Virus record (IMG/VR): IMGVR_UViG_3300021197_000769
Span: 1-58,248 of that record
Direction: 5' to 3' (one strand)
From: a virus
Taxonomy: Duplodnaviria; Caudoviricetes
Length of the DNA stretch: 58,248 nt
Below, piece by piece: positions 47,107 to 56,061 of the stretch. The notes below the pieces were generated by a model, which was given only the letters and a program-made list of their open reading frames with translations, was not told where the DNA came from and did no database searches. Numbering within the stretch: the stretch's first letter is position 1; each line of letters starts with the position of its first letter. The translations under genes were made by a program, and so were the position numbers.

Positions 47107-47391
47107 ATGACTGAAAAACAAATGAGACAACTAACTGAAATGATTATTGAAGCAATAGACAATAAACAACGTGAGTTAGATAAAGAATTCTATGCTAATA
47201 TAGATAACCGTGTAGATATTGCGTATAGTCCACACCCTTTAGAACAAACAATGTCTGAAAATGAGCGGGTGCTAAATAAGCTGCATGAACTTTATAGTAT
47301 GCAATTAACCTTGATATCAGAAGAAAAGTTTGAGCTAGCAGAAGAAATTAAACAAACAATAAAAGCAGTTAAAGAAAATTATAAGTTATGA
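47107..47391 (+). CDS. Hypothetical protein with C-terminal UVR (UvrB/UvrC)-like motif
   Basis: LISEEKFELAEEIKQTI; start moved to ATG 47107. Confidence 0.6.
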   Translation: MTEKQMRQLTEMIIEAIDNKQRELDKEFYANIDNRVDIAYSPHPLEQTMSENERVLNKLHELYSMQLTLISEEKFELAEEIKQTIKAVKENYKL

Positions 47392-47594
47392 GAAAATTTA
47401 ATAGATATAAACAAAATTTAACAAGAATTGGTAATGATATATATTCTTACGACACACATGTAGCTGAGATAAAAGACGACAAGTTATATAAATTAAGATG
47501 GAGAGTAAGAGGTATGTCTTCAAGCCCAACAACCTCAAAGCATATTAATTATGTTGCTAATGAATTAAACTTAACTATAATAGATTATGATTAA
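47388..47594 (+). CDS. Conserved small phage protein
   Basis: 68 aa; IYSYDTHVA and S.TTSKHINY motifs. Confidence 0.7.
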   Translation: MRKFNRYKQNLTRIGNDIYSYDTHVAEIKDDKLYKLRWRVRGMSSSPTTSKHINYVANELNLTIIDYD

Positions 47595-47739
47595 ATTTAT
47601 GATATATAATAATGACGAAGTAACATTTATACTTAAAGAGTCATTAGATGAAGCTAAGCAATTTGCAATAATGTACTGTGATCATTCTCACGAGATCATA
47701 GTCAGACAAGTAAACGATATTAAATACATCGGATTTTAA
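47587..47739 (+). CDS. Hypothetical 50-aa protein (not in ORF track)
   Basis: MIKFMIYNNDEVTFILKESLDEAKQFAIMYCDHSHEIIVRQVNDIKYIGF fills the gap with overlapping start/stop. Confidence 0.55.
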   Translation: MIKFMIYNNDEVTFILKESLDEAKQFAIMYCDHSHEIIVRQVNDIKYIGF

Positions 47740-47924
47740 TGAAAAGTATAATTATGAAAAATAAAAAGTATTGCAGGGTAAGACATCATATATGGTTTTT
47801 AGAAAATCGTATAAAAGAATTAAAATATATTATTCTGAATGGTGCAATAAATCATAAGATAATGTTTACTGAAATAATGTTATTTAAAAAATATAATCGA
47901 AGATTATCTTTAATAAAAATGTAA
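47739..47924 (+). CDS. Hypothetical basic protein
   Basis: 61-aa ORF coupled to the previous stop. Confidence 0.45.
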   Translation: MKSIIMKNKKYCRVRHHIWFLENRIKELKYIILNGAINHKIMFTEIMLFKKYNRRLSLIKM

Positions 47925-47956
47925 ACAAACAATATAAAAATATTGTTACAATAAAA

Positions 47957-48004
47957 AGTGTGACAATAGGTATTATATATAAAGAGTAACAGGCTAATGT
48001 CGCA
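47957..48004 (-). promoter_or_regulatory. Dyad element, copy C (inverted), overlapping the ATG at 47997
   Basis: Reverse complement TGCGACATTAG-CCTGTTA-(AT core)-TAATAC-CTATTGTCAC-ACT. Confidence 0.7.
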
Positions 48005-48617
48005 TGAAAGAAACCTCGATTATTTAAATCGAAGACGTATAATTTACAGGAGGCATCCAATAACAGATGAACCAACAACAGTCTATGACTGGGGTATGTA
48101 CTACGAGAATGGCACATATGAGTGTTTTGAATTATTTAGAACAGATGCAAAGATTAATACGTTTAAGTCTCTTAAATGGCATTTATTAGTGTTATGGTAT
48201 CTCAACTCTGACATGGATCAAGATGAGTTAAATAGTTTAGCAAAATTTATTTGTATTAAATCAAATGGTTTTGTTACATTTGAAGTGTCAGAATATATTC
48301 TAAAGAATATTATATATGAAGTTAGCATGTGTGATTTAGATATACAGCCTAAAAATAAGATTAGAAAGATAATCTTTAAACCATTCTGTGGATTAACTAA
48401 AAAAGAAAAGTTAAGTATAGTTGGCAAAATGATAGGTAGAAGTAAACAAATAAATCAAGATAATATATATGAATGTATGCTGGAGATTAACGATAATAAA
48501 AATAAAATAACAATAACTGGCCTTGCAAAGATGTTATCTTGCAGTACAAGAACGATCTATAGGACTATGAGTAATGAGTTAAAAAAAGAAAAAGAACTAT
48601 TAAATCAGGGATTATAG
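47997..48617 (+). CDS. DNA-binding protein with C-terminal HTH (candidate replication initiator/regulator)
   Basis: 206 aa; ITITGLAKMLSCSTRTIYRTM helix-turn-helix; first gene of the replication block. Confidence 0.7.
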   Translation: MSHERNLDYLNRRRIIYRRHPITDEPTTVYDWGMYYENGTYECFELFRTDAKINTFKSLKWHLLVLWYLNSDMDQDELNSLAKFICIKSNGFVTFEVSEYILKNIIYEVSMCDLDIQPKNKIRKIIFKPFCGLTKKEKLSIVGKMIGRSKQINQDNIYECMLEINDNKNKITITGLAKMLSCSTRTIYRTMSNELKKEKELLNQGL

Positions 48618-48650
48618 ATTGAGTCTGGCTATGTTATAATTAATAGCCCT

Positions 48651-49406
48651 ATGAAAAAATACAGTGTAACAAATTACATTCGGTACAAAGAAGATTTAAA
48701 AAAATCTATGCCAGACGATAAACTATGGAATGAATATAGTAGAGATGAAATGATAATAAAGTTCTTACCTTTAGTAGAAAATTTAGCAAGAAAGTTTGCT
48801 ACATCACAGCAAGCTAGTGGTATACTAACTATAAATGATCTTATACAGATCGGGTCTGAAGCTTTAATCAGAGCAACAGATAAGTTAGATTACAACAAGC
48901 TTAATGAATCTGAAGATATTGAAAAGACTTTAAAGTCATTTCTTAGTAAAAGAATTAAAGGAGCAATTAGACGTAGAATAGATATGAATAGTGGAGGAAT
49001 TAAAATACCAGAGCATAAAAGAAGTCAGATGCGAAAAAATCCAGATGATAAAAGTATGGTACAGATGTTTTTTAATTCTATATTCTTAAGTATCGATGCC
49101 GTAAATATGGATGAAGATGGTAACACACTATACCATAATATAGTTGACAAGTCAGAACCATATAATATTAATATATTAAATGCTTATTTGAAAGGATTAA
49201 TGCAGAAACATTTAACAATAAATGAATATCAAGTATTACGATTATCTTATGGACTAGACTGTGAGAAGCACTCGGCTAAAGAGATAGCTCATATATTAGG
49301 GCTTAAAGGTATCAGTAATCACGTAAGAGTTTCAGAGCTAAAGAAACAAGCAGTTAATTCACTTGTAGATAAAGTTGATCACGAGCAAGTTATTGATTAT
49401 TTATAA
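48651..49406 (+). CDS. Sigma70-family RNA polymerase sigma factor
   Basis: Region 2 FLPLVENLARKF...DLIQIGSEALIRA.DK.D...RIKGAIRR.I; region 4 LT..EYQVLRLSYGL...SAKEIA..LG....RVSELKKQA. Confidence 0.9.
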   Translation: MKKYSVTNYIRYKEDLKKSMPDDKLWNEYSRDEMIIKFLPLVENLARKFATSQQASGILTINDLIQIGSEALIRATDKLDYNKLNESEDIEKTLKSFLSKRIKGAIRRRIDMNSGGIKIPEHKRSQMRKNPDDKSMVQMFFNSIFLSIDAVNMDEDGNTLYHNIVDKSEPYNINILNAYLKGLMQKHLTINEYQVLRLSYGLDCEKHSAKEIAHILGLKGISNHVRVSELKKQAVNSLVDKVDHEQVIDYL

Positions 49407-49460
49407 TTGATAATTCAAATAAAATAACTAAATTTGTAAACAATAATAAATTATATATCC

Positions 49461-50003
49461 ATGAAATTAAATGAGAAACTGGCAACTGTCCAGACTAAGT
49501 TCAAATCCAAAAAGAGTAGATATAATTCTTTTGGCAAGTATTACTTCAGATCTGCTGAAGACATTTTAGAAGCAACAAAACCATTCCTATTGGACCTCGG
49601 CGTTTCTGTTGTAGTAAAAGAAACTTTAATAAGTACTGACCCATTCCCTGTATTAGAAGTAACTGCAACAATATCAGATGGTAGTGATGCTATACACTCA
49701 AGTGCTATTGTTGGTATCGATCTTGTTCAAAAAGGTATGCAAATGCCTCAAAAGTTTGGTAGTGCTTCATCATATGGCAAAAAATATGCTTTAGGTAATT
49801 TATTTTTAATAGATGACACTGCAGATAGTGATGCTAGCAATACTCACGATAAAAGCAGCTCTACTAAAGCATCCTTAAGTACAACTAAAGATCCTGCATT
49901 TGCTAAAGCAAAAGAATACATAAAATCAGGTGGTAAAATTGAGGCAATCAAAGCTAAATATTCTTTGTCTAAAGAAGTTGAATCGGAACTAACAACCCTA
50001 TAA
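49461..50003 (+). CDS. ERF-family ssDNA-annealing recombinase
   Basis: YNSFGKYYFRSAEDILEA.KP and Q.FGSASSYGKKYALGNLFLIDD..D.D. Confidence 0.85.
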   Translation: MKLNEKLATVQTKFKSKKSRYNSFGKYYFRSAEDILEATKPFLLDLGVSVVVKETLISTDPFPVLEVTATISDGSDAIHSSAIVGIDLVQKGMQMPQKFGSASSYGKKYALGNLFLIDDTADSDASNTHDKSSSTKASLSTTKDPAFAKAKEYIKSGGKIEAIKAKYSLSKEVESELTTL

Positions 50004-50004
50004 T

Positions 50005-50742
50005 ATGGACAAGAAAAATAAAAAAGAAATACTTAAACGTCTACAAAACGACGAAGATTACTATGGAGACTTCGGTAAACAATTCTTAAGTAACTCTAAT
50101 ATAAGTACTTTAATGAATAACCCTCTTGCTTTAGGCAATGACATAATTAAGTCAAACGCTTTGGTAATAGGTAGTTACTTCCACGTAGCAATACTTGAAC
50201 CAGATAAACTTAAGAAGTTTAAAATTATCGACGCTACCACTAGGAATACTAAGGCTTATAAAGAATTATCTGGAGGCGAGATATGCTTATTACAACACGA
50301 GGTAGATAAGATAGACCTTATGATTGAAAAAGTTTTAGAAAACGATGTGTGTACTAGCTTAATTCGTGGTAATGTTGATTATGAAGTGCCTGGTATAACG
50401 GAAATAGAAGGTAATTTTTGGAAAGGTAAAGCTGATATACTTAATCACGATGATAAACTTATAATAGACTTAAAAACTACTGGGGATATTAATTCATTCC
50501 AATATAGTGCTAAAAAATATAACTACGACAGTCAAGCTTACATATATAAACATATCTTTGGATATGATATGATTTTCTTAGTTGTAGATAAAACAACTCA
50601 TCAGATAGGTTTATTTGATTGCTCAGAAGCTTTTTATGAAAGAGGCTATAATAAAGTTATAGCAGCTAGCAATATTTACGATCTATTTTATAAAACAGAA
50701 GATTTTGAACCAAAACAATTCTTTATATCAAAAACTTTGTAA
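50005..50742 (+). CDS. PD-(D/E)XK exonuclease (RecE/ExoVIII-like)
   Basis: LSNS.I, GSYFH.AILEP, KGKADIL, IIDLKTT, Y.YDSQAYIY; next to ERF. Confidence 0.8.
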   Translation: MDKKNKKEILKRLQNDEDYYGDFGKQFLSNSNISTLMNNPLALGNDIIKSNALVIGSYFHVAILEPDKLKKFKIIDATTRNTKAYKELSGGEICLLQHEVDKIDLMIEKVLENDVCTSLIRGNVDYEVPGITEIEGNFWKGKADILNHDDKLIIDLKTTGDINSFQYSAKKYNYDSQAYIYKHIFGYDMIFLVVDKTTHQIGLFDCSEAFYERGYNKVIAASNIYDLFYKTEDFEPKQFFISKTL

Positions 50743-50780
50743 CTTTAACCCCTTAATATAAATTAAAAACAATTAAAATT

Positions 50781-51098
50781 ATGGCATCAATTATTAATGC
50801 AAGTATCAATTTAAATAATATTGATAAAAGTAAAATCATCGAAGGTAAGAAAGGTAAGTACTTACCAATAAGTATTGTTATAAACGATGAAGTAGATCAG
50901 TTTGGTAATCAAGGACCAATAACGATTGCTCAGTCCAAGGAAGAGCGTGAAGCTAAATCAGCTAAGACTTATTTAGGTAATGTAAAAGTTGTTTGGACTA
51001 ATGGTGATAATGTAGCTGCGGCTCCTAGAGAAGGTCAACAAGCACCTGCTCCTGCAAGACAGTCTGCTCCAGCTCCATCAGATGATCTACCATTCTAA
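50781..51098 (+). CDS. Single-stranded DNA-binding protein (Bacteroidetes-phage type)
   Basis: 105 aa; GKKGKYL, DQFGN, Q.KEEREAK..K.YLGN; flexible tail ending DDLPF. Confidence 0.75.
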   Translation: MASIINASINLNNIDKSKIIEGKKGKYLPISIVINDEVDQFGNQGPITIAQSKEEREAKSAKTYLGNVKVVWTNGDNVAAAPREGQQAPAPARQSAPAPSDDLPF

Positions 51099-51193
51099 TG
51101 ACAGTTTGCGAATTATGCGGAGATGATATGATTCAAAGTGATTATGACTTCTCCGATATATGTATAAATTGTTTAGAAGACTCAGATTATTAA
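51098..51193 (+). CDS. 31-aa CxxC...CxxC micro-protein (not in ORF track)
   Basis: MTVCELCGDDMIQSDYDFSDICINCLEDSDY; TAATG coupling to ssb. Confidence 0.55.
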   Translation: MTVCELCGDDMIQSDYDFSDICINCLEDSDY

Positions 51194-51210
51194 TACTTAA
51201 ATTAAATTAA

Positions 51211-52926
51211 ATGAATATAGAACATACGGAAATTAATGGTTTCCAGATTGATAAGTTTAACCAGTATGATCTTGAAGCGGGTAAAACACAGGGGAGTTGT
51301 CCTCTGTGTTCCGCCAATAGAAAAGCTAAAAACCAAAAAGCTAAGTGTGCTAGCTATGATTGGGAGCGTGGACTTGGAACTTGTCATAATTGCAATAGTA
51401 GTTTTCAATTACATACCTATAAGCGTAAAGGCAAAGCTGAAAAAGTATACTTAAAGCCTGAACCTTACGTGCTACAAACACCTGGAACTAAAGTTGAGGA
51501 GTGGTTTAAAAAAAGAGGTATATCTAAGAAAACACTAGAAGATCTTAAGATTAATGAAGGCACAGAATTTATGCCGCAGACTGGTAAAACAGAAAACGTT
51601 ATTAAGTTCAATTACTTTATGGGTGGGGAGTTAACCAACATTAAGTCTAGAGATGGTAGAAAGAATTTTAAATTACATAAAGGAGCTGAAAAAATATTTT
51701 ATAATATTGATAGTATAATAGGTCATCCTGAATGTATTATAGTAGAAGGTGAGATGGACGTCTTAGCACTACACGAAGCTGGTATAACTAACGCAATATC
51801 AGTGCCTAATGGAGCAACGCTCAACAATAACAATTTAGATTACTTAGACTCTTGTATTGATTACTTTGAGGATAAAGAAAAAATAATATTAGCAGTAGAT
51901 TCTGATGAAGCCGGGCAAGCCTTACAAAAGGAATTAGTTAGAAGGCTTGGTGCTGAGATCTGTTATCTAGCTACTTTTGATGACTGCAAAGATGCTAATG
52001 AATATTTATTAAAATATGATAAAGATAAACTCGCTAATAGGATTAGAAAAGCTTCGCCTGTTCCGCTTGAAAATGTTACTACATTTAAAGATATTGAAGA
52101 TGATATTACGGATTTTGTACGTAACGGTTTTAAACCTGGATTTCAAATCGGCTTACCAAATTTTGATAGCATATTCTCAACTTATACTGGTCAGTTTATT
52201 ACTGTCACTGGCATACCTTCTTCCGGGAAATCTGATTTTGTCGACCAAATGGTTGTGGGATATAATAAAAATTATGGATGGAAGACGGCTTTTGCTTCGC
52301 CAGAGAATCAACCTACTTATTTGCATGCACATAAGCTAATGAGAAAAACTTGGGAGGGTATGCCTTCTGCTACAGATATTGGAGGGGATAAATGGGAACA
52401 AGTAGCGGATCATTGCAATAGTAATTATTTTCATATAGATATGGAGAAGTATACTTTAGAATCTGTATTACGCAAGGGGGCTGAGCTAGTAAAGCGGAAA
52501 GGAATTAAATGTTTAGTTATTGACCCGTTTAATAAAGTAAGAGATGTTGACTGCAAGACAGAAGATGTTAATAGATATACTATGGAATATCTAATGAAGA
52601 TTGAAATTTTTGCTAAGAAATATGATGTACTTGTTTTTATTGTTGCTCACCCAACTAAGATGTACAAAGATAAAGATGGTAAAATTGAAGAACCTACAAT
52701 GTATAACATTAAGGGTGGTGGTGAATGGTATGATGCTAGCTATCATGGGCTGTTGGTGCATAGAGATTACGAAGCTAAAACTGTTAAAGTAAAAGTTTTA
52801 AAAATAAAGTTTCAAAACCTTGGTGAGAATGGGGCATCGGCTAATTTTACTTGGGAGCCAAATTCTGGATGTTATGTTCCACACATATCAGATACAGTTG
52901 TTAATGAACCTATGCCCTGGGAATAA
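51211..52926 (+). CDS. Bifunctional DNA primase-helicase (T7 gp4/Twinkle-like)
   Basis: Zn finger CPLC...CHNC, TOPRIM IVEGEMD / AVDSDEAG / KDANE, Walker A GIPSSGKS, Walker B LVIDP, IVAHP. Confidence 0.92.
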   Translation: MNIEHTEINGFQIDKFNQYDLEAGKTQGSCPLCSANRKAKNQKAKCASYDWERGLGTCHNCNSSFQLHTYKRKGKAEKVYLKPEPYVLQTPGTKVEEWFKKRGISKKTLEDLKINEGTEFMPQTGKTENVIKFNYFMGGELTNIKSRDGRKNFKLHKGAEKIFYNIDSIIGHPECIIVEGEMDVLALHEAGITNAISVPNGATLNNNNLDYLDSCIDYFEDKEKIILAVDSDEAGQALQKELVRRLGAEICYLATFDDCKDANEYLLKYDKDKLANRIRKASPVPLENVTTFKDIEDDITDFVRNGFKPGFQIGLPNFDSIFSTYTGQFITVTGIPSSGKSDFVDQMVVGYNKNYGWKTAFASPENQPTYLHAHKLMRKTWEGMPSATDIGGDKWEQVADHCNSNYFHIDMEKYTLESVLRKGAELVKRKGIKCLVIDPFNKVRDVDCKTEDVNRYTMEYLMKIEIFAKKYDVLVFIVAHPTKMYKDKDGKIEEPTMYNIKGGGEWYDASYHGLLVHRDYEAKTVKVKVLKIKFQNLGENGASANFTWEPNSGCYVPHISDTVVNEPMPWE

Positions 52927-53180
52927 TGCCAAATATAAAAGGAAAGGGGGCGTGGGACATGGGTAAGTACTTTATTACTTCAAAAGAGTATAAAGCGAGT
53001 GCTTGGTGTATTAAAAACAATATATTTGTTTGTGTTGTTCCAATAAGACCTGGAGAGTGGGGTATAGAGATTAGCATCGCAGGAAAAATAAGTAAGTCTC
53101 CATATATATATAAAAAAAATATTATATGGGCAAAGTTACACGAATATTATACATACTACTATGATAAATATGCAAAATGA
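52926..53180 (+). CDS. Hypothetical protein
   Basis: 84 aa coupled to the helicase stop. Confidence 0.6.
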   Translation: MPNIKGKGAWDMGKYFITSKEYKASAWCIKNNIFVCVVPIRPGEWGIEISIAGKISKSPYIYKKNIIWAKLHEYYTYYYDKYAK

Positions 53181-53985
53181 ATATAAAAAATTATTAGCCG
53201 ATATACTATCTAATGGCGCTGAAAAGCCAGATAGAACAGATACAGGCACAAAAGCTTTGTTTGGTAAAACAATTAAACACGATATGGCTTTAGGCTTTCC
53301 AGCTTTGACTAGCAAGAAAGTATTTTTTAACTTAGCAAGAACAGAATTGCTTTGGATATTAAATGGTCGAACAGACTTAAAATATTTAGAGGATAATGGT
53401 GTTAAGTACTGGAGACCAGACTACAACCGTTCTGGAAGAATAGACGAAACATTAGGCCCAGTATACGGAAAGCAATGGCGCGATTTTAATGGAGTAGACC
53501 AGCTCAAAACTCTTGTGGCTAATATTATTAAAGATCCAAGTTCAAGACGTCTTATGGTTAGCTCATGGGCTCCACACGAGATGAATGATATGGTTTTACC
53601 TCCTTGTCATTATGCTTTTCAAGTTTTTATTAATGATGGAACTTTAAGTCTATTGTGGATGCAGCGGTCTGCTGATGTGTTCTTAGGTTTACCTTACGAT
53701 ATTATGATGTATGGGTTATTATTAGAATTGTTAGCTAAAGGTGCAAACTTAAAACCTGGACAATTAATAGGGCAGCTTGGCGATTGTCACTTGTATAGCA
53801 ACCATATAAAGCAAGCACAAGAGTTTCTAACAAGAAAAAATAGAAAGTTACCTACATTACAATTAAATAATGGAATAAATATGACTAACTTTAATGAGTT
53901 GTATATTCCTAATATGACTGAAATAAAATTAAATAACTACAATCCTTATCCTGCTATAAAAGCAGAGCTTAGCGTTGGTAAATAA
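53170..53985 (+). CDS. thyA: Thymidylate synthase-family enzyme (ThyA fold, Asn-to-Asp specificity variant)
   Basis: DRT.TGT, ELLW, LGPVYGKQWR, SRR, LPPCH, QRSADVFLGLPYDI, GDCHLY.NH. Confidence 0.88.
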   Translation: MQNEYKKLLADILSNGAEKPDRTDTGTKALFGKTIKHDMALGFPALTSKKVFFNLARTELLWILNGRTDLKYLEDNGVKYWRPDYNRSGRIDETLGPVYGKQWRDFNGVDQLKTLVANIIKDPSSRRLMVSSWAPHEMNDMVLPPCHYAFQVFINDGTLSLLWMQRSADVFLGLPYDIMMYGLLLELLAKGANLKPGQLIGQLGDCHLYSNHIKQAQEFLTRKNRKLPTLQLNNGINMTNFNELYIPNMTEIKLNNYNPYPAIKAELSVGK

Positions 53986-53992
53986 AACAACT

Positions 53993-54766
53993 ATGAAATA
54001 TTATTTATATCACATTCCCGGTAAAAAAATAGGTGTAACTACTAACCTTAAAAGTAGAGTTACAGAACAGCAAGGCTATAAAGAAGGCGAGTACGAAGTA
54101 CTAATGGCCTCTGACAATATTGACTTTATATCTACAATGGAGGTTGAGCTCCAGGCTAAATATAATTATACAGTTGATAGGCAATTATATAAAAATGTAA
54201 TCAATAATAATAACATGAAAATAAATGTAACTGAGGCAACAACTACTTTTCCCGTGCCGGCTAATAAGCTAAAGGGTAATTTAATGGATATGATAGGCTT
54301 AAAGTGGGATACTCACTTAGGCGAGTTTGAACTTACAGTCGATAAGATTCCTTGGATTCTTAAGAATATTACTGTTTCTATGTTTAATTCTAATAGATGC
54401 TACATATATAACAAAGCTTTCTATGAAGAGTTTATTAATAATCCTGAACCATTTAAGCAAGCAGAAACTTTAGAAATGTTTAATAACATTAGAGCATGGG
54501 CTAAGGAACGAGGCTTATATGACAAGGGAGATGCTAAGACCCAATACTTAAAACTTCAAGAAGAGGCTGGAGAGTTAGCTAGGGCTTTATTAAAAGATGA
54601 TCAGGTAGAAGTTGTTGATGCAATAGGAGATATGGTTGTTGTGTTAACTAATCTTGCTCATTTAAGAAATTTAACTATTGAAAGCTGTACAAAATCGGCA
54701 TATAACGTAATTATGAATAGAACCGGCTCTATGGTAAACGGTACGTTTGTTAAAGACAATAAATAA
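53993..54766 (+). CDS. GIY-YIG-like N-terminus fused to MazG-like NTP pyrophosphohydrolase
   Basis: N-term YYLYHIPGKKIGVTTNLKSR...E; C-term WA.ERGL...QYLKLQEEAGELA...DAIGDMVVVL..LA. Start moved to ATG 53993. Confidence 0.75.
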   Translation: MKYYLYHIPGKKIGVTTNLKSRVTEQQGYKEGEYEVLMASDNIDFISTMEVELQAKYNYTVDRQLYKNVINNNNMKINVTEATTTFPVPANKLKGNLMDMIGLKWDTHLGEFELTVDKIPWILKNITVSMFNSNRCYIYNKAFYEEFINNPEPFKQAETLEMFNNIRAWAKERGLYDKGDAKTQYLKLQEEAGELARALLKDDQVEVVDAIGDMVVVLTNLAHLRNLTIESCTKSAYNVIMNRTGSMVNGTFVKDNK

Positions 54767-54767
54767 T

Positions 54768-54983
54768 ATGAAGAAGAAAGAAATAGAATTTCGTGATCCT
54801 GTTGTTGAGCGAGTAGTAGATAAGTTTATATCTAGATCCGATGTAGGTTACAAAAAGTACGGCATAACTCTTAATGATGATCCATCTGAAATTATTGAAT
54901 GGCTTAATCATTTACAAGAAGAACTTATGGATGCTGTATTGTATTTACAAAAAGCTAAAGAGTCGCATGAAAAAAATGTATAA
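54768..54983 (+). CDS. Small all-alpha NTP-pyrophosphatase-like protein
   Basis: 71 aa; RS.VG..KYG.TL...WL.HLQEELMDAVLY (EExxD helix). Confidence 0.6.
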   Translation: MKKKEIEFRDPVVERVVDKFISRSDVGYKKYGITLNDDPSEIIEWLNHLQEELMDAVLYLQKAKESHEKNV

Positions 54984-55425
54984 AAAAAGAAGTAAGAAAC
55001 GTGGTCCTGTCGTAGCAAAGAAAGTTGTTTACGACGGGATTAAGTTTGCTTCTGGTCTTGAAAAGTATATGTATATAGCTTTGAAAAAAGCTGGTATAAA
55101 GTTTCAATATGAATATAGATCATTTGAGTTGCTTCCTGGATTTAAATTTGACCAATGCTGTTATGAAAGGCAATCTAATGGTAAGGGAGAATATAGAGAT
55201 AGAGGTAATAAAAAGATTATTGGTATAAAATACACACCAGACTTTGAGGGAGAAAACTTTATAATAGAAACAAAAGGCAGGGCAAATGATTCATTCCCAC
55301 TAAGATACAAATTATTCAAATCATTATTAGCAGAAACAGAGCCTAATATTGTATTATATAAACCACAAAATCAAAAAGAATGCGACAGGACAGTAGAATT
55401 GATACTCGATTCCAGAAAGAACTAG
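54967..55425 (+). CDS. T7 endonuclease I-like Holliday junction resolvase
   Basis: FASGLE, FQYE, YTPDF, IIETKG PD-(D/E)XK motifs. Confidence 0.75.
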   Translation: MKKMYKKRSKKRGPVVAKKVVYDGIKFASGLEKYMYIALKKAGIKFQYEYRSFELLPGFKFDQCCYERQSNGKGEYRDRGNKKIIGIKYTPDFEGENFIIETKGRANDSFPLRYKLFKSLLAETEPNIVLYKPQNQKECDRTVELILDSRKN

Positions 55426-55550
55426 CCCGCAAAAAATATGCTGAGAGGCAATTTGACAAGTGGGTTAAATGGAGTATAGCCCATAGAGGTAAAGTTCTTT
55501 TTAAAGAAGTAATTGAAAAGCAAATAGAATATAACGTAACAAAATTATGA
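55380..55550 (+). CDS. Hypothetical 56-aa protein (not in ORF track)
   Basis: MRQDSRIDTRFQKELARKKYAERQFDKWVKWSI...; fills the gap, ATGA overlap with the next ORF. Confidence 0.45.
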   Translation: MRQDSRIDTRFQKELARKKYAERQFDKWVKWSIAHRGKVLFKEVIEKQIEYNVTKL

Positions 55551-55699
55551 AACAAAACGAAGATGAAGCAGCCTGGTATTTAGAGCTGGGATTATATCCT
55601 GGAATTTTATTAGGATTTAGAACATACGATCAAGGAGATATAAATACACATGTGTTATACTTTCCATTTATTGAACTAGCATTATCAATTTATAAATAA
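55547..55699 (+). CDS. Hypothetical 50-aa protein (not in ORF track)
   Basis: MKQNEDEAAWYLELGLYPGILLGFRTY...HVLYFPFIELALSIYK. Confidence 0.6.
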   Translation: MKQNEDEAAWYLELGLYPGILLGFRTYDQGDINTHVLYFPFIELALSIYK

Positions 55700-55703
55700 A
55701 GAA

Positions 55704-55916
55704 ATGAAAGGACAAAAACAAAGTAGGATAGATCTAGTAGAAAAAAAGATTAAAGCTTTAACAAATGTTATGCAAGGCATAATGAATGAGATGGCTCAAA
55801 TGAAAGATCTATCAGTAGGCACATTAGAAACAATTAAGTTAATGCCAGATTATGAAGAGGCACTTAACAAATTAAAAGAAAACTTAAAAAAAGAAGAAGA
55901 TGATGATAGCAATTAA
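55704..55916 (+). CDS. Coiled-coil hypothetical protein
   Basis: 70-aa ORF in operon. Confidence 0.65.
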   Translation: MKGQKQSRIDLVEKKIKALTNVMQGIMNEMAQMKDLSVGTLETIKLMPDYEEALNKLKENLKKEEDDDSN

Positions 55917-56058
55917 AATATTTATAGCTTTATCTATTGTTTCAATTATTACAACAATAGGAGTAATATTTACAGCGTGGATGCTTATAAAAGATATTAA
56001 AGAAAATAAAGAAGATATAATTTCAGAACAATTAAAAGAAATATTAAACAGACTATAA
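55900..56058 (+). CDS. Single-TM micro-protein (not in ORF track)
   Basis: 52 aa MMIAIKIFIALSIVSIITTIGVIFTAWMLIKD...; ends 3 nt before the RNR start. Confidence 0.5.
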   Translation: MMIAIKIFIALSIVSIITTIGVIFTAWMLIKDIKENKEDIISEQLKEILNRL

Positions 56059-56061
56059 AAA

